From contig NZ_AP028907.1 of the NCBI RefSeq assembly GCF_036323395.1, forward strand, positions 720,001-752,000: a stretch of 32,000 nucleotides of DNA. The letters run 5' to 3'. Of the stretch, positions 9,468-16,915 are shown one piece after another; position 1 is the first letter of the stretch, and each line of letters opens with the position of its first letter. This DNA is from Pyrodictium abyssi. GTDB taxonomy: Archaea; Thermoproteota; Thermoprotei_A; Sulfolobales; Pyrodictiaceae. The notes below the pieces were generated by a model. That model ran no database searches, was not told the origin of the DNA, and saw only the letters and a program-made list of their open reading frames with translations. A program made the translations under genes and the position numbers.

Positions 9468-10160
9468 GTGCGCGTATGCAGCATGTTTAGCGGCGGCAAG
9501 GACAGTACCTATGCTCTACACTGGGCTGTGCTACACGGCTTTGATGTGTGCTGCCTACTCTCGCTAAGGCCCAGGCGTAGATGGGATAGTATGCTCTTCC
9601 ACTACCCTGGTATAGAGCTTACAGAGCTCCAGGCCAAGGCCCTACGCATACCGCTAGTAGCGTGGACTACAGGCGAGGACGAGGAGCGAGACCTCGTAAA
9701 GGTGTTCAGGGAGGCGCGTAACCGGGGCTGCGAGGCTGTTGTGGCTGGCGCGCTTCTGAGTGACTACCAGAGGCTTCGTTTCGCCAGCGCTGCTGAGGAG
9801 GCTGGGCTCCGTATATTCACGCCGCTTTGGAGGATCAACCAGGAGGAGTACATGAGGAGCCTTGTACGCGAAGGCTTCAAAGTGATGATAGTCAGCGTAC
9901 AAGCCTATGGACTCCCCTCGTGGCTTGTGGGCCGTGTCCTCGACGAGGACACTGTTGAAAGAATCATAGAGTTGTCAAGGAAGTACGGGTTCAACCCAGC
10001 CTTCGAGGGCGGTGAGGCGGAGACACTAGTCCTTGATGCTCCACTTTTCAGAGAAGAGCTTAGCGTCAAGGGCGTTGTAGAGAGGCTTGGCCCAGACCAC
10101 TACTTCTACAAGATCACCGGCGCAAGGCTTATCCCTAAGAGAGGGGTCCCTCGCAGCTAG
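9468..10160 (+). CDS. Diphthine-ammonia ligase-type PP-loop ATPase (Dph6 / MJ0570 family)
   Basis: 230 aa with the N-terminal PP-loop 'SGGKDS', 'GALLSDYQRLR' and a C-terminal 'EGGEAETLVLDAP' motif typical of the N-type ATP pyrophosphatase family. GTG start; ATG alternatives at 9477 and 9483. Confidence 0.8.
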   Translation: MRVCSMFSGGKDSTYALHWAVLHGFDVCCLLSLRPRRRWDSMLFHYPGIELTELQAKALRIPLVAWTTGEDEERDLVKVFREARNRGCEAVVAGALLSDYQRLRFASAAEEAGLRIFTPLWRINQEEYMRSLVREGFKVMIVSVQAYGLPSWLVGRVLDEDTVERIIELSRKYGFNPAFEGGEAETLVLDAPLFREELSVKGVVERLGPDHYFYKITGARLIPKRGVPRS

Positions 10161-10685
10161 CAGCCTCAACACTAGGCAGGATAACTGGTCTAGTAGCCTC
10201 CATAACGGGTCTACTAGGGCTGGCAACCCTACCACAGTGACAGCCGCGGCGTATAGGCGGTTGTCCACTGGCGTTACACGCGCCCTTTCTATCTCCGAGT
10301 AGGCCTCTGGCATTACCTGTATAGCCCAGTCTACTAGCTGTACTAGCCACTCCACGGAGCCTCTAACGGCTAGCGGTGCTGCTGGCGGCGCTACGACCGT
10401 CACCACTGCAGCTGTTAGAGGGTCTAGCAGCGGTCTTGGCGGCGGTGTCTCGGCCTCTTCTATCCCCTCTACGATAAGGCTAGCGATACGCTCAACATAC
10501 GCCGCCGCTGTGTACGATATTGTGGCAGCAGACGCGCCAGCTACAAGCCATAGTCCGAGCGCGAGGCCCGGTAAGCCCAGGGCAAGGGATGCTATCGATG
10601 CCGCGAAAGTTGTCATAGCCAGTATGGATGCAGCCCTGCTAGCCTGTCTCGCGATATTTAGCCGTCTTAGCGGCTTCCCGTACAC
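10026..10685 (-). CDS. Hypothetical membrane protein
   Basis: 219-aa ORF filling an otherwise empty 500-bp gap. It has two clear hydrophobic helices near the N-terminus (ILAMTTFAASIASLALGLPGLALGLWLVAGASAATISYTAAA). No recognisable family. The last 135 nt overlap the 3' end of the Dph6 gene. Confidence 0.5.
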   Translation of the reverse strand: MYGKPLRRLNIARQASRAASILAMTTFAASIASLALGLPGLALGLWLVAGASAATISYTAAAYVERIASLIVEGIEEAETPPPRPLLDPLTAAVVTVVAPPAAPLAVRGSVEWLVQLVDWAIQVMPEAYSEIERARVTPVDNRLYAAAVTVVGLPALVDPLWRLLDQLSCLVLRLLAARDPSLRDKPCAGDLVEVVVWAKPLYNALDAKLFSEKWSIKD

Positions 10686-10762
10686 CCTGCACGCACCATG
10701 GCCTGGGCGTTGCCGGTTAGTCTGAGAGCCTATGAACAGCTCTATTTAAGCCGGGCTCCCGG

Positions 10763-11044
10763 CTACGTTCTAGAGGATGCTAGACGGTACACAGCATCCC
10801 TAAGCTCGGCAAGCTTATCGTGGAGTCTCACTATAGAGGTGTATGCTGCGTATATGCTTCCAGGGCTGGCGGGTTTCCCGCTATTGACCGCTGCTGCCAG
10901 CTCTCCTATCGACTCCTCTACGAGTTCTATCAGGGCCATTGCCTCGTCTAGTAGCTGTAGCGCCCTATCCGCCGCGTTCTTCCCCTGCTGCATATCTACA
11001 CCGTCCCTACCGGGTCTACACCCAGGACTCTGCGGAGGACTCAT
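10763..11044 (-). CDS. Small helical hypothetical protein, translationally coupled to the upstream phosphorylase-fold gene
   Basis: 93-aa ORF. Its ATG overlaps the upstream TGA as ATGA (11041-11044). It is predicted helical (ADRALQLLDEAMALIELVEESIGELAAAV...LHDKLAELRDAVYRL). The competing + strand ORF 10698..11126 is Ser-rich low complexity. Confidence 0.55.
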   Translation of the reverse strand: MSPPQSPGCRPGRDGVDMQQGKNAADRALQLLDEAMALIELVEESIGELAAAVNSGKPASPGSIYAAYTSIVRLHDKLAELRDAVYRLASSRT

Positions 11045-11898
11045 ATTCTCGAGTTTACTTTACTACTCTTCGTCTTCTCCATGTGCAGCGCCAGCGCTTC
11101 TAGTAGCGGCCGGAGCAGCTTGTTGATACTGTCTAGTACCTTTTTCCGTAGCTCCTCCGACTCGTCCTCTAGGTAGGACGAGCCACGCTCTATGCCCTTC
11201 GGGAGGCTTGACTCTATAACCACTACCGAGGCAGACATGAGTTTCCTATTCATGGACACTGTGAACAGCGAGGCAGTGTCCATGTCCACTGCGAGCGCTA
11301 TTCTGCCGTAGAGCCTAGCGCCATGCTCTAGTAGCTGCTCGCTGAGGTAGAAGGTGTCAAGGCTCCAGACAACGCCCGCCATAGTCTTTATGTCGTGGAC
11401 CTCTAGCGACTGCTGTATATGGCGTAGCAGCGAGTAGTCCGGGATAGCAGGGACCTCTACCGGCGCGTACGTCTTCGAAACGCCGTCGCCCTTGATAGCA
11501 GCTGTGGCCAGCACAACGCTGCCTATACCGAGGCTCGGCGATATAGCCAAGCCCGTGTCGAGGTGCATTATTACGCGGGCGCCGAGCCTCGACAATTCCT
11601 CGACGAGTATGGCTAGTGCCGATGGCCCTACGGGCCTTAGTGCTACGGATATCTGTGCGCGGTGAAGGCTTCCAGTAGCCAGCCTGAAGCCAGGCCTACC
11701 GGGCCTCTCTACTACGTCGTGTAGAAGGCTAACAGCGTTCTCGTAGACCTCTTCGAGGCTAGTAACCAGTACATGCGTGGATACGTCGCCTTTACCGGCT
11801 CTGGTGAAGGGCTGTATTCTAGGCAATACCCAGTGCCCCCGGTGTATGTGCCCATGATGAGGGCTCGTGATAGCGTCTGGGTTGCCCGGGTTTATCAA
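11041..11898 (-). CDS. Nucleoside phosphorylase-fold protein (PNP_UDP_1 family), divergent
   Basis: 285 aa. It aligns by eye along E. coli DeoD: SPHH~TPHI, GPSALAILVEEL~GIPSCSIYTKEL, SLDTFY~SADLFY, LAVDMDTASLF~LGVEMEAAGIY. TTG start; His-rich N-terminus HHGHIHRGH. Confidence 0.7.
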   Translation of the reverse strand: MINPGNPDAITSPHHGHIHRGHWVLPRIQPFTRAGKGDVSTHVLVTSLEEVYENAVSLLHDVVERPGRPGFRLATGSLHRAQISVALRPVGPSALAILVEELSRLGARVIMHLDTGLAISPSLGIGSVVLATAAIKGDGVSKTYAPVEVPAIPDYSLLRHIQQSLEVHDIKTMAGVVWSLDTFYLSEQLLEHGARLYGRIALAVDMDTASLFTVSMNRKLMSASVVVIESSLPKGIERGSSYLEDESEELRKKVLDSINKLLRPLLEALALHMEKTKSSKVNSRI

Positions 11899-11960
11899 TG
11901 CTTTTGACGCGGGAATGACGCGGAAGGCCCGCCGAATGCTACTGGAAGGTGAAACAGGCG

Positions 11961-12010
11961 GGGGGAGGGGGGTAACTCTTAAAGGTAATCATAGGGTCTG
12001 CCCCTCCCCC
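11961..12010. promoter_or_regulatory. Perfect 10-bp G/C inverted repeat bracketing a TATA-like element directly upstream of the speH-type gene
   Basis: GGGGGAGGGG (11961-11970) and CCCCTCCCCC (12001-12010) are exact reverse complements. The 30-nt spacer contains CTTAAAGG (11978-11985). The 3' arm abuts GGTGA (12011-12015), an SD-like sequence 5 nt before ATG 12021. Confidence 0.4.
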
Positions 12011-12011
12011 G

Positions 12012-12416
12012 GTGAGAACGATGGAGATAACACACGTCATCAGGCCAAGGCCAGAGCCAGCGCCAGGAGAGCCAAAGGTGTACGGCAAGCACGTCTACGG
12101 CAACCTCTACAACTGCGACCGCGAGGTACTAAGCAACGAGGAGAGGCTACGCCAGATAGTCGTTAACGCTGCCAAGCTGGGCAACATGACGCTCCTCGAC
12201 GTCCGCAGCTGGAAGATAGGCGAGGGCGTCAGCATCGTGGCCATAGTCCTCGAGAGCCACATAACCATACACACATGGCCCGAGTACGCTTTCGCCACCG
12301 TGGACGTCTATAGCTGTGGGAAGCACACTAACCCGGAGAAGGCTTTCGACTACATAGCTGCTGCTCTGCGTGCCCAGCGCGTAGAAAGGAAGGTGGCTAC
12401 AAGGAACCTAGAATAG
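12012..12416 (+). CDS. speH: Pyruvoyl-dependent S-adenosylmethionine decarboxylase family proenzyme (SpeH type; could be the crenarchaeal arginine decarboxylase paralogue)
   Basis: 134 aa with '[12 protein letters not shown]' and the self-processing/active-site segment '[24 protein letters not shown]'. The start is probably ATG 12021 (MEITHV...), preceded by GGTGA. Confidence 0.85.
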   Translation: MRTMEITHVIRPRPEPAPGEPKVYGKHVYGNLYNCDREVLSNEERLRQIVVNAAKLGNMTLLDVRSWKIGEGVSIVAIVLESHITIHTWPEYAFATVDVYSCGKHTNPEKAFDYIAAALRAQRVERKVATRNLE

Positions 12417-12443
12417 GAGTTCCCTGGGCTAAAGCCTCCCTGG

Positions 12444-12448
12444 TTTTT
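12444..12448 (+). terminator. Oligo-T stretch between convergent genes (candidate archaeal terminator)
   Basis: TTTTT lies 28 nt after the speH stop, in the 67-bp gap between convergent genes. Confidence 0.25.
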
Positions 12449-12483
12449 GGGGCCGGTTGGAGCCCGGGTTTCCCGCGGCTCTC

Positions 12484-13509
12484 TCAGCCCAGTATTCTGC
12501 GGATAGCCTCCGACGCCTGGCGGGCAGCATCAGACCCTATAGCTAGGTGCTCGCCGCCATCGACTACTAGTCGTCCTCCGGAGAGTACCGTCTCTATACG
12601 CGGCCTCGAGCCTGATAGGCTCCAGGGCCTTGCATACTCTAGTGCAGGGAGCCAGCCCGGCGGCTCCGTCGCGTCTACCACTACGAGGTGTGCTGGCCTC
12701 TTCTCCCCGTAGACCCTATACTCAGGGTCGAACAGTCTGTGGATGGCCTGTGTCAGGAGGGTGTACACGTCTCTATGCTCCTTACCCGCCATGAGCGTCC
12801 ATGGGCTAGCTGTGTGTGGGTACATTGGCCCAGGTACAGTCGTCCTACTCTGCTCCGTTACTGCTTGCTCAGTGCTGCTTGGCACCCATAGGCTCCTAGC
12901 TTCTAGGGAGTAGACCAGCTCCGCCTGCCTCATAGCCTCCTCTGGGGGCTCGGTGCCGCCGCACAGCGCTATTCCCACGCGTATGCGGTGCCTATCGATG
13001 CCCTGCTCTTCTACCCTCTTCAGCAGCTCGGTGAATTCCTTGTCGGGCGTTAGCCCGCAGCCGTATGGGTAGAGTACTGCGCCTTCCAGCCCCGCGTCAA
13101 CGATTGCACGGGCTACAGCATCTATATGCGGGTCTATCGATACAACACGCGTGTATCCGTGCATCGCGAGCTCGTAGAGCGCCATTAGCGCCGAGTAGTA
13201 GGCTTCGCGGCTCCCCATGGACCGTACCCTGTCCGCCACGCTACTCTCCACGTACTCTGCTGGGTTTATGTCGGCTAGCAAGTGGCGGAAGGGGTAGGAC
13301 TCAAGGAAGACTGGCGGCGAGGCGAAGCCAGGGTACACTATCCTACCCGGGCCGCCTGCTACCAGTTCCGCGTACTGGGCCTCCTCGGGAGGCTCGCCTA
13401 GCCCTATGTAGTCGATAGCACACGCTGAGACGTGGATGTAGCCGGGGCCGTGGGCTACACCGTTCTCGTCAAAGTAGTATACATCGTAAAAGAGTATACG
13501 GGGCGGCAT
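12484..13509 (-). CDS. Amidohydrolase-fold protein lacking the HxH metal-binding motif (chlorohydrolase/MtaD-like, degenerate)
   Basis: 341 aa. N-terminal beta-sandwich pattern (..IHVSACAIDYIGLG...GRIVYPGF) followed by ASPPVFLES where the family has xNxHxHL. The C-terminal 'AHLVVVDATEPPGW...ETVLSGGRLVVDGGEHL' matches the usual closing strands. Confidence 0.6.
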   Translation of the reverse strand: MPPRILFYDVYYFDENGVAHGPGYIHVSACAIDYIGLGEPPEEAQYAELVAGGPGRIVYPGFASPPVFLESYPFRHLLADINPAEYVESSVADRVRSMGSREAYYSALMALYELAMHGYTRVVSIDPHIDAVARAIVDAGLEGAVLYPYGCGLTPDKEFTELLKRVEEQGIDRHRIRVGIALCGGTEPPEEAMRQAELVYSLEARSLWVPSSTEQAVTEQSRTTVPGPMYPHTASPWTLMAGKEHRDVYTLLTQAIHRLFDPEYRVYGEKRPAHLVVVDATEPPGWLPALEYARPWSLSGSRPRIETVLSGGRLVVDGGEHLAIGSDAARQASEAIRRILG

Positions 13510-13615
13510 TGCCCTGCTGCACCTGCAACCCGTACTCTAGGCTCCACGTAGACGTGGCTACCCAGCATGGGGTTCAATACCGCATCGCCTAGAACCCCTC
13601 ACGCTGGCCAGGGAC

Positions 13616-13849
13616 CTACTCTGGACAAACCCACTCGGAGACTACACGCACCCTAGACGGGCCACACAAAGCCATACAGGCTAGGCATACTAGGCATAGA
13701 CTGGGCTCCGTCACGACACGGCCCGCTTCGAAGCGCAGAGCCCCGGTGGGGCACACGCCGCCGCATTCATCTGGGTCGAGATCCCCGTACACCTCGATAG
13801 CCCTGGCCACTATGCTGCAGGGCTTCTCTGGTTTACGTCTCCAGGCCAT
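13616..13849 (-). CDS. Small 4Fe-4S ferredoxin-type protein
   Basis: 77 aa with CLVCLACMALCGP (CxxCxxCxxxC-P-like) and a distal 'CGGVCPTGAL' segment typical of ferredoxin-type cluster binding. Confidence 0.5.
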   Translation of the reverse strand: MAWRRKPEKPCSIVARAIEVYGDLDPDECGGVCPTGALRFEAGRVVTEPSLCLVCLACMALCGPSRVRVVSEWVCPE

Positions 13850-14027
13850 CCTCTACAACCCTTGAGGCTAGGGTCCTCTAATGCTGCCCGGGGCGGGTAG
13901 AGGAGGGTGTGTACCCGAGGTCGGACCCGGCGCCACATCACCCCGGGCCCGGGGGTCATCCCGTCCGCCGGGCCACCACCCCCATACCCGTTGCATTATG
14001 CTACAGCAGTACTTGACTGTTCCCCGG

Positions 14028-14870
14028 CTATTCGCTCTTGGATAGCTCGGCTTCCAGCATGCTCACTATCGGCTTGAGCTTCTCCGTTATACTTTCCCAC
14101 GTACCCCTGGGTATGTTCATGTCTAGCGAGAGGGGTGTTATCGCAATGGCGTTCTCGACGTGGACTACGTACACGTCAGAGCCTGGTTCGGGGTCTACGA
14201 GTGTACCGTAGAGCCAGTAGTACTTCCTCCCGCGAGGGTCGTAGAGCACGCTAACCTTCTGTAGGAACTTTACACGTGCTGCAGGGGCTATCTTGACTCG
14301 TGTACCTGGCGCTACTCTGCGGGGGAAGTTGACACTAAGGAGGTCAGCCCCCTGAGGTATACCGTTCTCCAGGACCCATAGGACTATACGGCGTACAATC
14401 TTCTTCATGTTGTTCCAGGTCTCTTTGTCCTCTTCTAGCTGGCTAGCCTCGTCAACGTTAGCTGAGAACGCTATACCGGGTATGCCTAGTAGCGCTGCCT
14501 GGGCAGCCGCGCCGACAGTGCCAGAGGAGAGAATGACTTGTATGCTCGTGTTGTCGCCGATGTTGACGCCGGATACTACTATGTCGAAGCGCGGGGAGAA
14601 CTCCTCTATAGCGAGGTATATCACGTCGCTAGGCGTACCATTAGTCATGTAAACGTCTACATCGCCCCATAGCTTTACCTTTGTTATACGCAGCGGCTTA
14701 TGCAGTGTTATGCCTAGCCCGCTAGCACTCTTCGGCGTCTCTGGTGCCAACACATAGGCTTTACCTAGGTCTTTGACCGCTTCGTAGAGTAGTCTAAGCC
14801 CAGGACTGTGTACACCATCATCGTTTGTTACCAGTATCTTTGGCGAATCTGGTGACACTACTCCATACAC
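14028..14870 (-). CDS. surE: 5'/3'-nucleotidase SurE
   Basis: 280 aa with 'ILVTNDDGVHSPGL', 'SGVNIGDN' and 'SGTVGAA' motifs. Confidence 0.9.
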   Translation of the reverse strand: MYGVVSPDSPKILVTNDDGVHSPGLRLLYEAVKDLGKAYVLAPETPKSASGLGITLHKPLRITKVKLWGDVDVYMTNGTPSDVIYLAIEEFSPRFDIVVSGVNIGDNTSIQVILSSGTVGAAAQAALLGIPGIAFSANVDEASQLEEDKETWNNMKKIVRRIVLWVLENGIPQGADLLSVNFPRRVAPGTRVKIAPAARVKFLQKVSVLYDPRGRKYYWLYGTLVDPEPGSDVYVVHVENAIAITPLSLDMNIPRGTWESITEKLKPIVSMLEAELSKSE

Positions 14871-14991
14871 CCCTACTCTGAGCCCGCCTTCCGGTGCGCC
14901 AGGCTTATCGCCCCGCAGAGCGGGGCCAAGTAGCCCCGTATCAAGCGTAGAGGCCGTAAACTAGTTAGCTCGGGCAAAGGGCTGCAGTCTT

Positions 14992-15417
14992 CTAGCCTTG
15001 CTCCAGGCTCCAGGGCTTTCCTTCGTACACTATCTTGGCCGGCAGCCTATCCTGGTACCTACGCAGGAACCGTAGATCCTCGTCCTTCTTCCTAAGGTTG
15101 TCGGGTAGCATCCGTGGTATCTCGTCTATTATCGGGTACCAGCGGCCACAGTTGGGGCAGTATAGGACGCCGGTGGCGACTTCTATCTTGAGGCACTCCG
15201 CGCAGGGCGTAGCTGTACCCACCTCTTCTATCTTCTTGCCTACGGGTGTCTGCAGCCGGTAGCAGTATAGCTCACATAGTGGCGGTTTATACTGCTCTAG
15301 CAGCTCCTTTATCTGCTGCTCGCGCTCCGGGTAGCTCCTCTCCTCTATCACGTAGAGTTCTAGCGGGAAGTGCTTACACATAGGGCATGCCGCTAGGTCC
15401 ATAAAGCGGTACTTCAT
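14992..15417 (-). CDS. Trm112-family zinc-ribbon protein
   Basis: 141 aa. 'LAACPMCKHFPLEL' and 'LYCPNCGRWYPIIDEIPRMLP' form the split Trm112 zinc knuckle, with an inserted helical segment between them. There is a 4-nt overlap with the upstream mutase gene. Confidence 0.7.
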   Translation of the reverse strand: MKYRFMDLAACPMCKHFPLELYVIEERSYPEREQQIKELLEQYKPPLCELYCYRLQTPVGKKIEEVGTATPCAECLKIEVATGVLYCPNCGRWYPIIDEIPRMLPDNLRKKDEDLRFLRRYQDRLPAKIVYEGKPWSLEQG

Positions 15418-16799
15418 CGCGCTGCCAGCCTCCTCGCCTTCTCGACGAGACTCTCGGCTAGCTCTTTAGCCCTATCTGGGCTCCTAGCCTCAACCATAAC
15501 GCGCAGGACGGGCTCAGTGCCGCTGGGCCGCACTAGAAACCAGAAGTCTTCGCCATCAACACGCAGCCCGTCGACCGTCACTATGCGGTAGCCCGGCTTG
15601 CCCATGTATTCCTCCTTTAGTGCCTCCACCACTTCTACTGCCTTCTCGCGCGGCATTGGCACCTTGGTCTTAACGGCGTAGTACCTTGGCAGCTCGCTGA
15701 ACAGCTCAGAGGCCTTAACGTTCTTCTTTGCCAGCATCTCCAGGAAGAGCGCCAGCGTCATGCCACCGTCGCGTGCCAGGAGGTGTGGCGGGTATATGAA
15801 GCCCCCATTCTCCTCGAAGCCGGCGACACCCCCCTCCTGGAGTAGACGGTAGCTTATATTTATTGAGCCCACGGGTGTCCAGGCTACCTCTATTCCCCGC
15901 GGCTCGAGATAGTCTGTGACAAGCCTGCTGCTAGACACAGCCGTGTAGAGCCTCTTCGGTGCGTCCGGTAGCTTCTCCTCGGCTATATAGGCTGTCAGCA
16001 ACGCGCCAGTCCTATCGCCCCACCATACCTCGCCCTTCTCGTCGATTGCTATGGCGCGGTCGCCGTCACCGTCATGACCCACGCCAAGGTCTAGGCCTAG
16101 CGCCTTGACCACGGACGCCGCTTCTGCTAGGGAGCCGGGCGTCGGCTCCGGCTCACGGTATGGAGTGGGGCTAGGGTTACACGCCAGCGTGTAGGCTTTC
16201 ACGCCTAGCTTCCGCAGAATAGCGGGGGTTGTCAGCGACGACACGTTGTTAGCACAGTCAACGAGCACCCGGAAGCCCCTGCTCTTTATGAGGTTCTTGT
16301 CTACACGGTCTACCACAGCGTCCACGTATAGGTCTACTACGCGGGGCTCTACCGAGGCCTCGTGTACCGCTCTACTCCAGGGCACGCGGCGGAACCTTTC
16401 CTCAAAGTATATTTCTTCTATCTTCTTCTCGGTGTCGCGGTCTATCTCTATCCCGAGCGGCCCGACCACCTTGATGCCGTTATACTGGGGCGGGTTATGA
16501 CTAGCAGTGACTATGACGCCAAGATCGTAGCCTAGCTCCTTGACCGCGTACTGTATGGCCGGCGTCGGGGCAAATCCGCCACCGTGCACGACGTGTACGC
16601 GTGCACCGGAGGAGAGGAGGCCTGCAACCACAGCGTGTAGTATCATGTCGCCGCCCGCGCGTGCATCGCGGCCAACGAGGACGCGTACGCCCTCGCCGTA
16701 GTAGCTCGCTATGGCAGAGCCTAGCCGGAGAGCAAGCTCGGGGGTTAGCTGCTCGTTTACTATGCCTCGGACGCCGTCTGTGCCGAACAGCTTACCCAG
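15414..16799 (-). CDS. Phosphoglucosamine/phosphomannomutase-family phosphohexomutase (GlmM/PMM-PGM type); 5' end non-canonical
   Basis: Active-site 'TASHNPPQYNGIK', metal loop 'GHDGDGDR' and 'RPSGTEPVLRV'. The ORF track starts at ATG 16646. However, the 51 in-frame codons upstream encode the conserved N-terminus LGKLFGTDGVRGIVNEQLTPELALRLGSAIASYYGEGVRVLVGRDARAGGD. The 5' limit given here is the in-frame CTG at 16799; see the findings. Confidence 0.85.
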   Translation of the reverse strand: MGKLFGTDGVRGIVNEQLTPELALRLGSAIASYYGEGVRVLVGRDARAGGDMILHAVVAGLLSSGARVHVVHGGGFAPTPAIQYAVKELGYDLGVIVTASHNPPQYNGIKVVGPLGIEIDRDTEKKIEEIYFEERFRRVPWSRAVHEASVEPRVVDLYVDAVVDRVDKNLIKSRGFRVLVDCANNVSSLTTPAILRKLGVKAYTLACNPSPTPYREPEPTPGSLAEAASVVKALGLDLGVGHDGDGDRAIAIDEKGEVWWGDRTGALLTAYIAEEKLPDAPKRLYTAVSSSRLVTDYLEPRGIEVAWTPVGSINISYRLLQEGGVAGFEENGGFIYPPHLLARDGGMTLALFLEMLAKKNVKASELFSELPRYYAVKTKVPMPREKAVEVVEALKEEYMGKPGYRIVTVDGLRVDGEDFWFLVRPSGTEPVLRVMVEARSPDRAKELAESLVEKARRLAAR

Positions 16800-16800
16800 G

Positions 16801-16822
16801 GCTAAGCACCCCGCGGCTTAGC
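16801..16822. other. 7-bp hairpin over the presumptive mutase start region
   Basis: GCTAAGC (16801-16807) and GCTTAGC (16816-16822) are reverse complements separated by 8 nt. The hairpin covers the out-of-frame GTG (16809-16807) and the in-frame upstream stop (16820-16818). Confidence 0.3.
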
Positions 16823-16915
16823 ACATCCATGCAACACTAGGAGTGGGACTCCTTTTCTAAGCGGTGGTCGCAATGCCTAGCCTGCCCTAGGAGGAGGCGG
16901 CCGGGAAGGGAGGCG

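Noticed and set aside
10698-11126. 142-aa + strand ORF
   Set aside because: It is Ser/Ala-rich low complexity (SSSSSCSALSAAFF...). It is antisense to the translationally coupled 93-aa gene and to the end of the phosphorylase-fold gene.
13900-13935. ...CCCGGCGCCA string resembling a tRNA 3' end on the + strand
   Set aside because: There is no T-loop (GTTCRANYC) or complementary acceptor strand upstream, so this is a chance similarity.
16795-16830. Programmed +1 ribosomal frameshift at CCT-GGG-TAA-G as the mechanism for mutase expression
   Set aside because: It is kept only as one alternative within the start-codon finding. There is no recognisable stimulatory element beyond a short hairpin, and a 1-nt homopolymer error or non-AUG initiation explains the data more simply.
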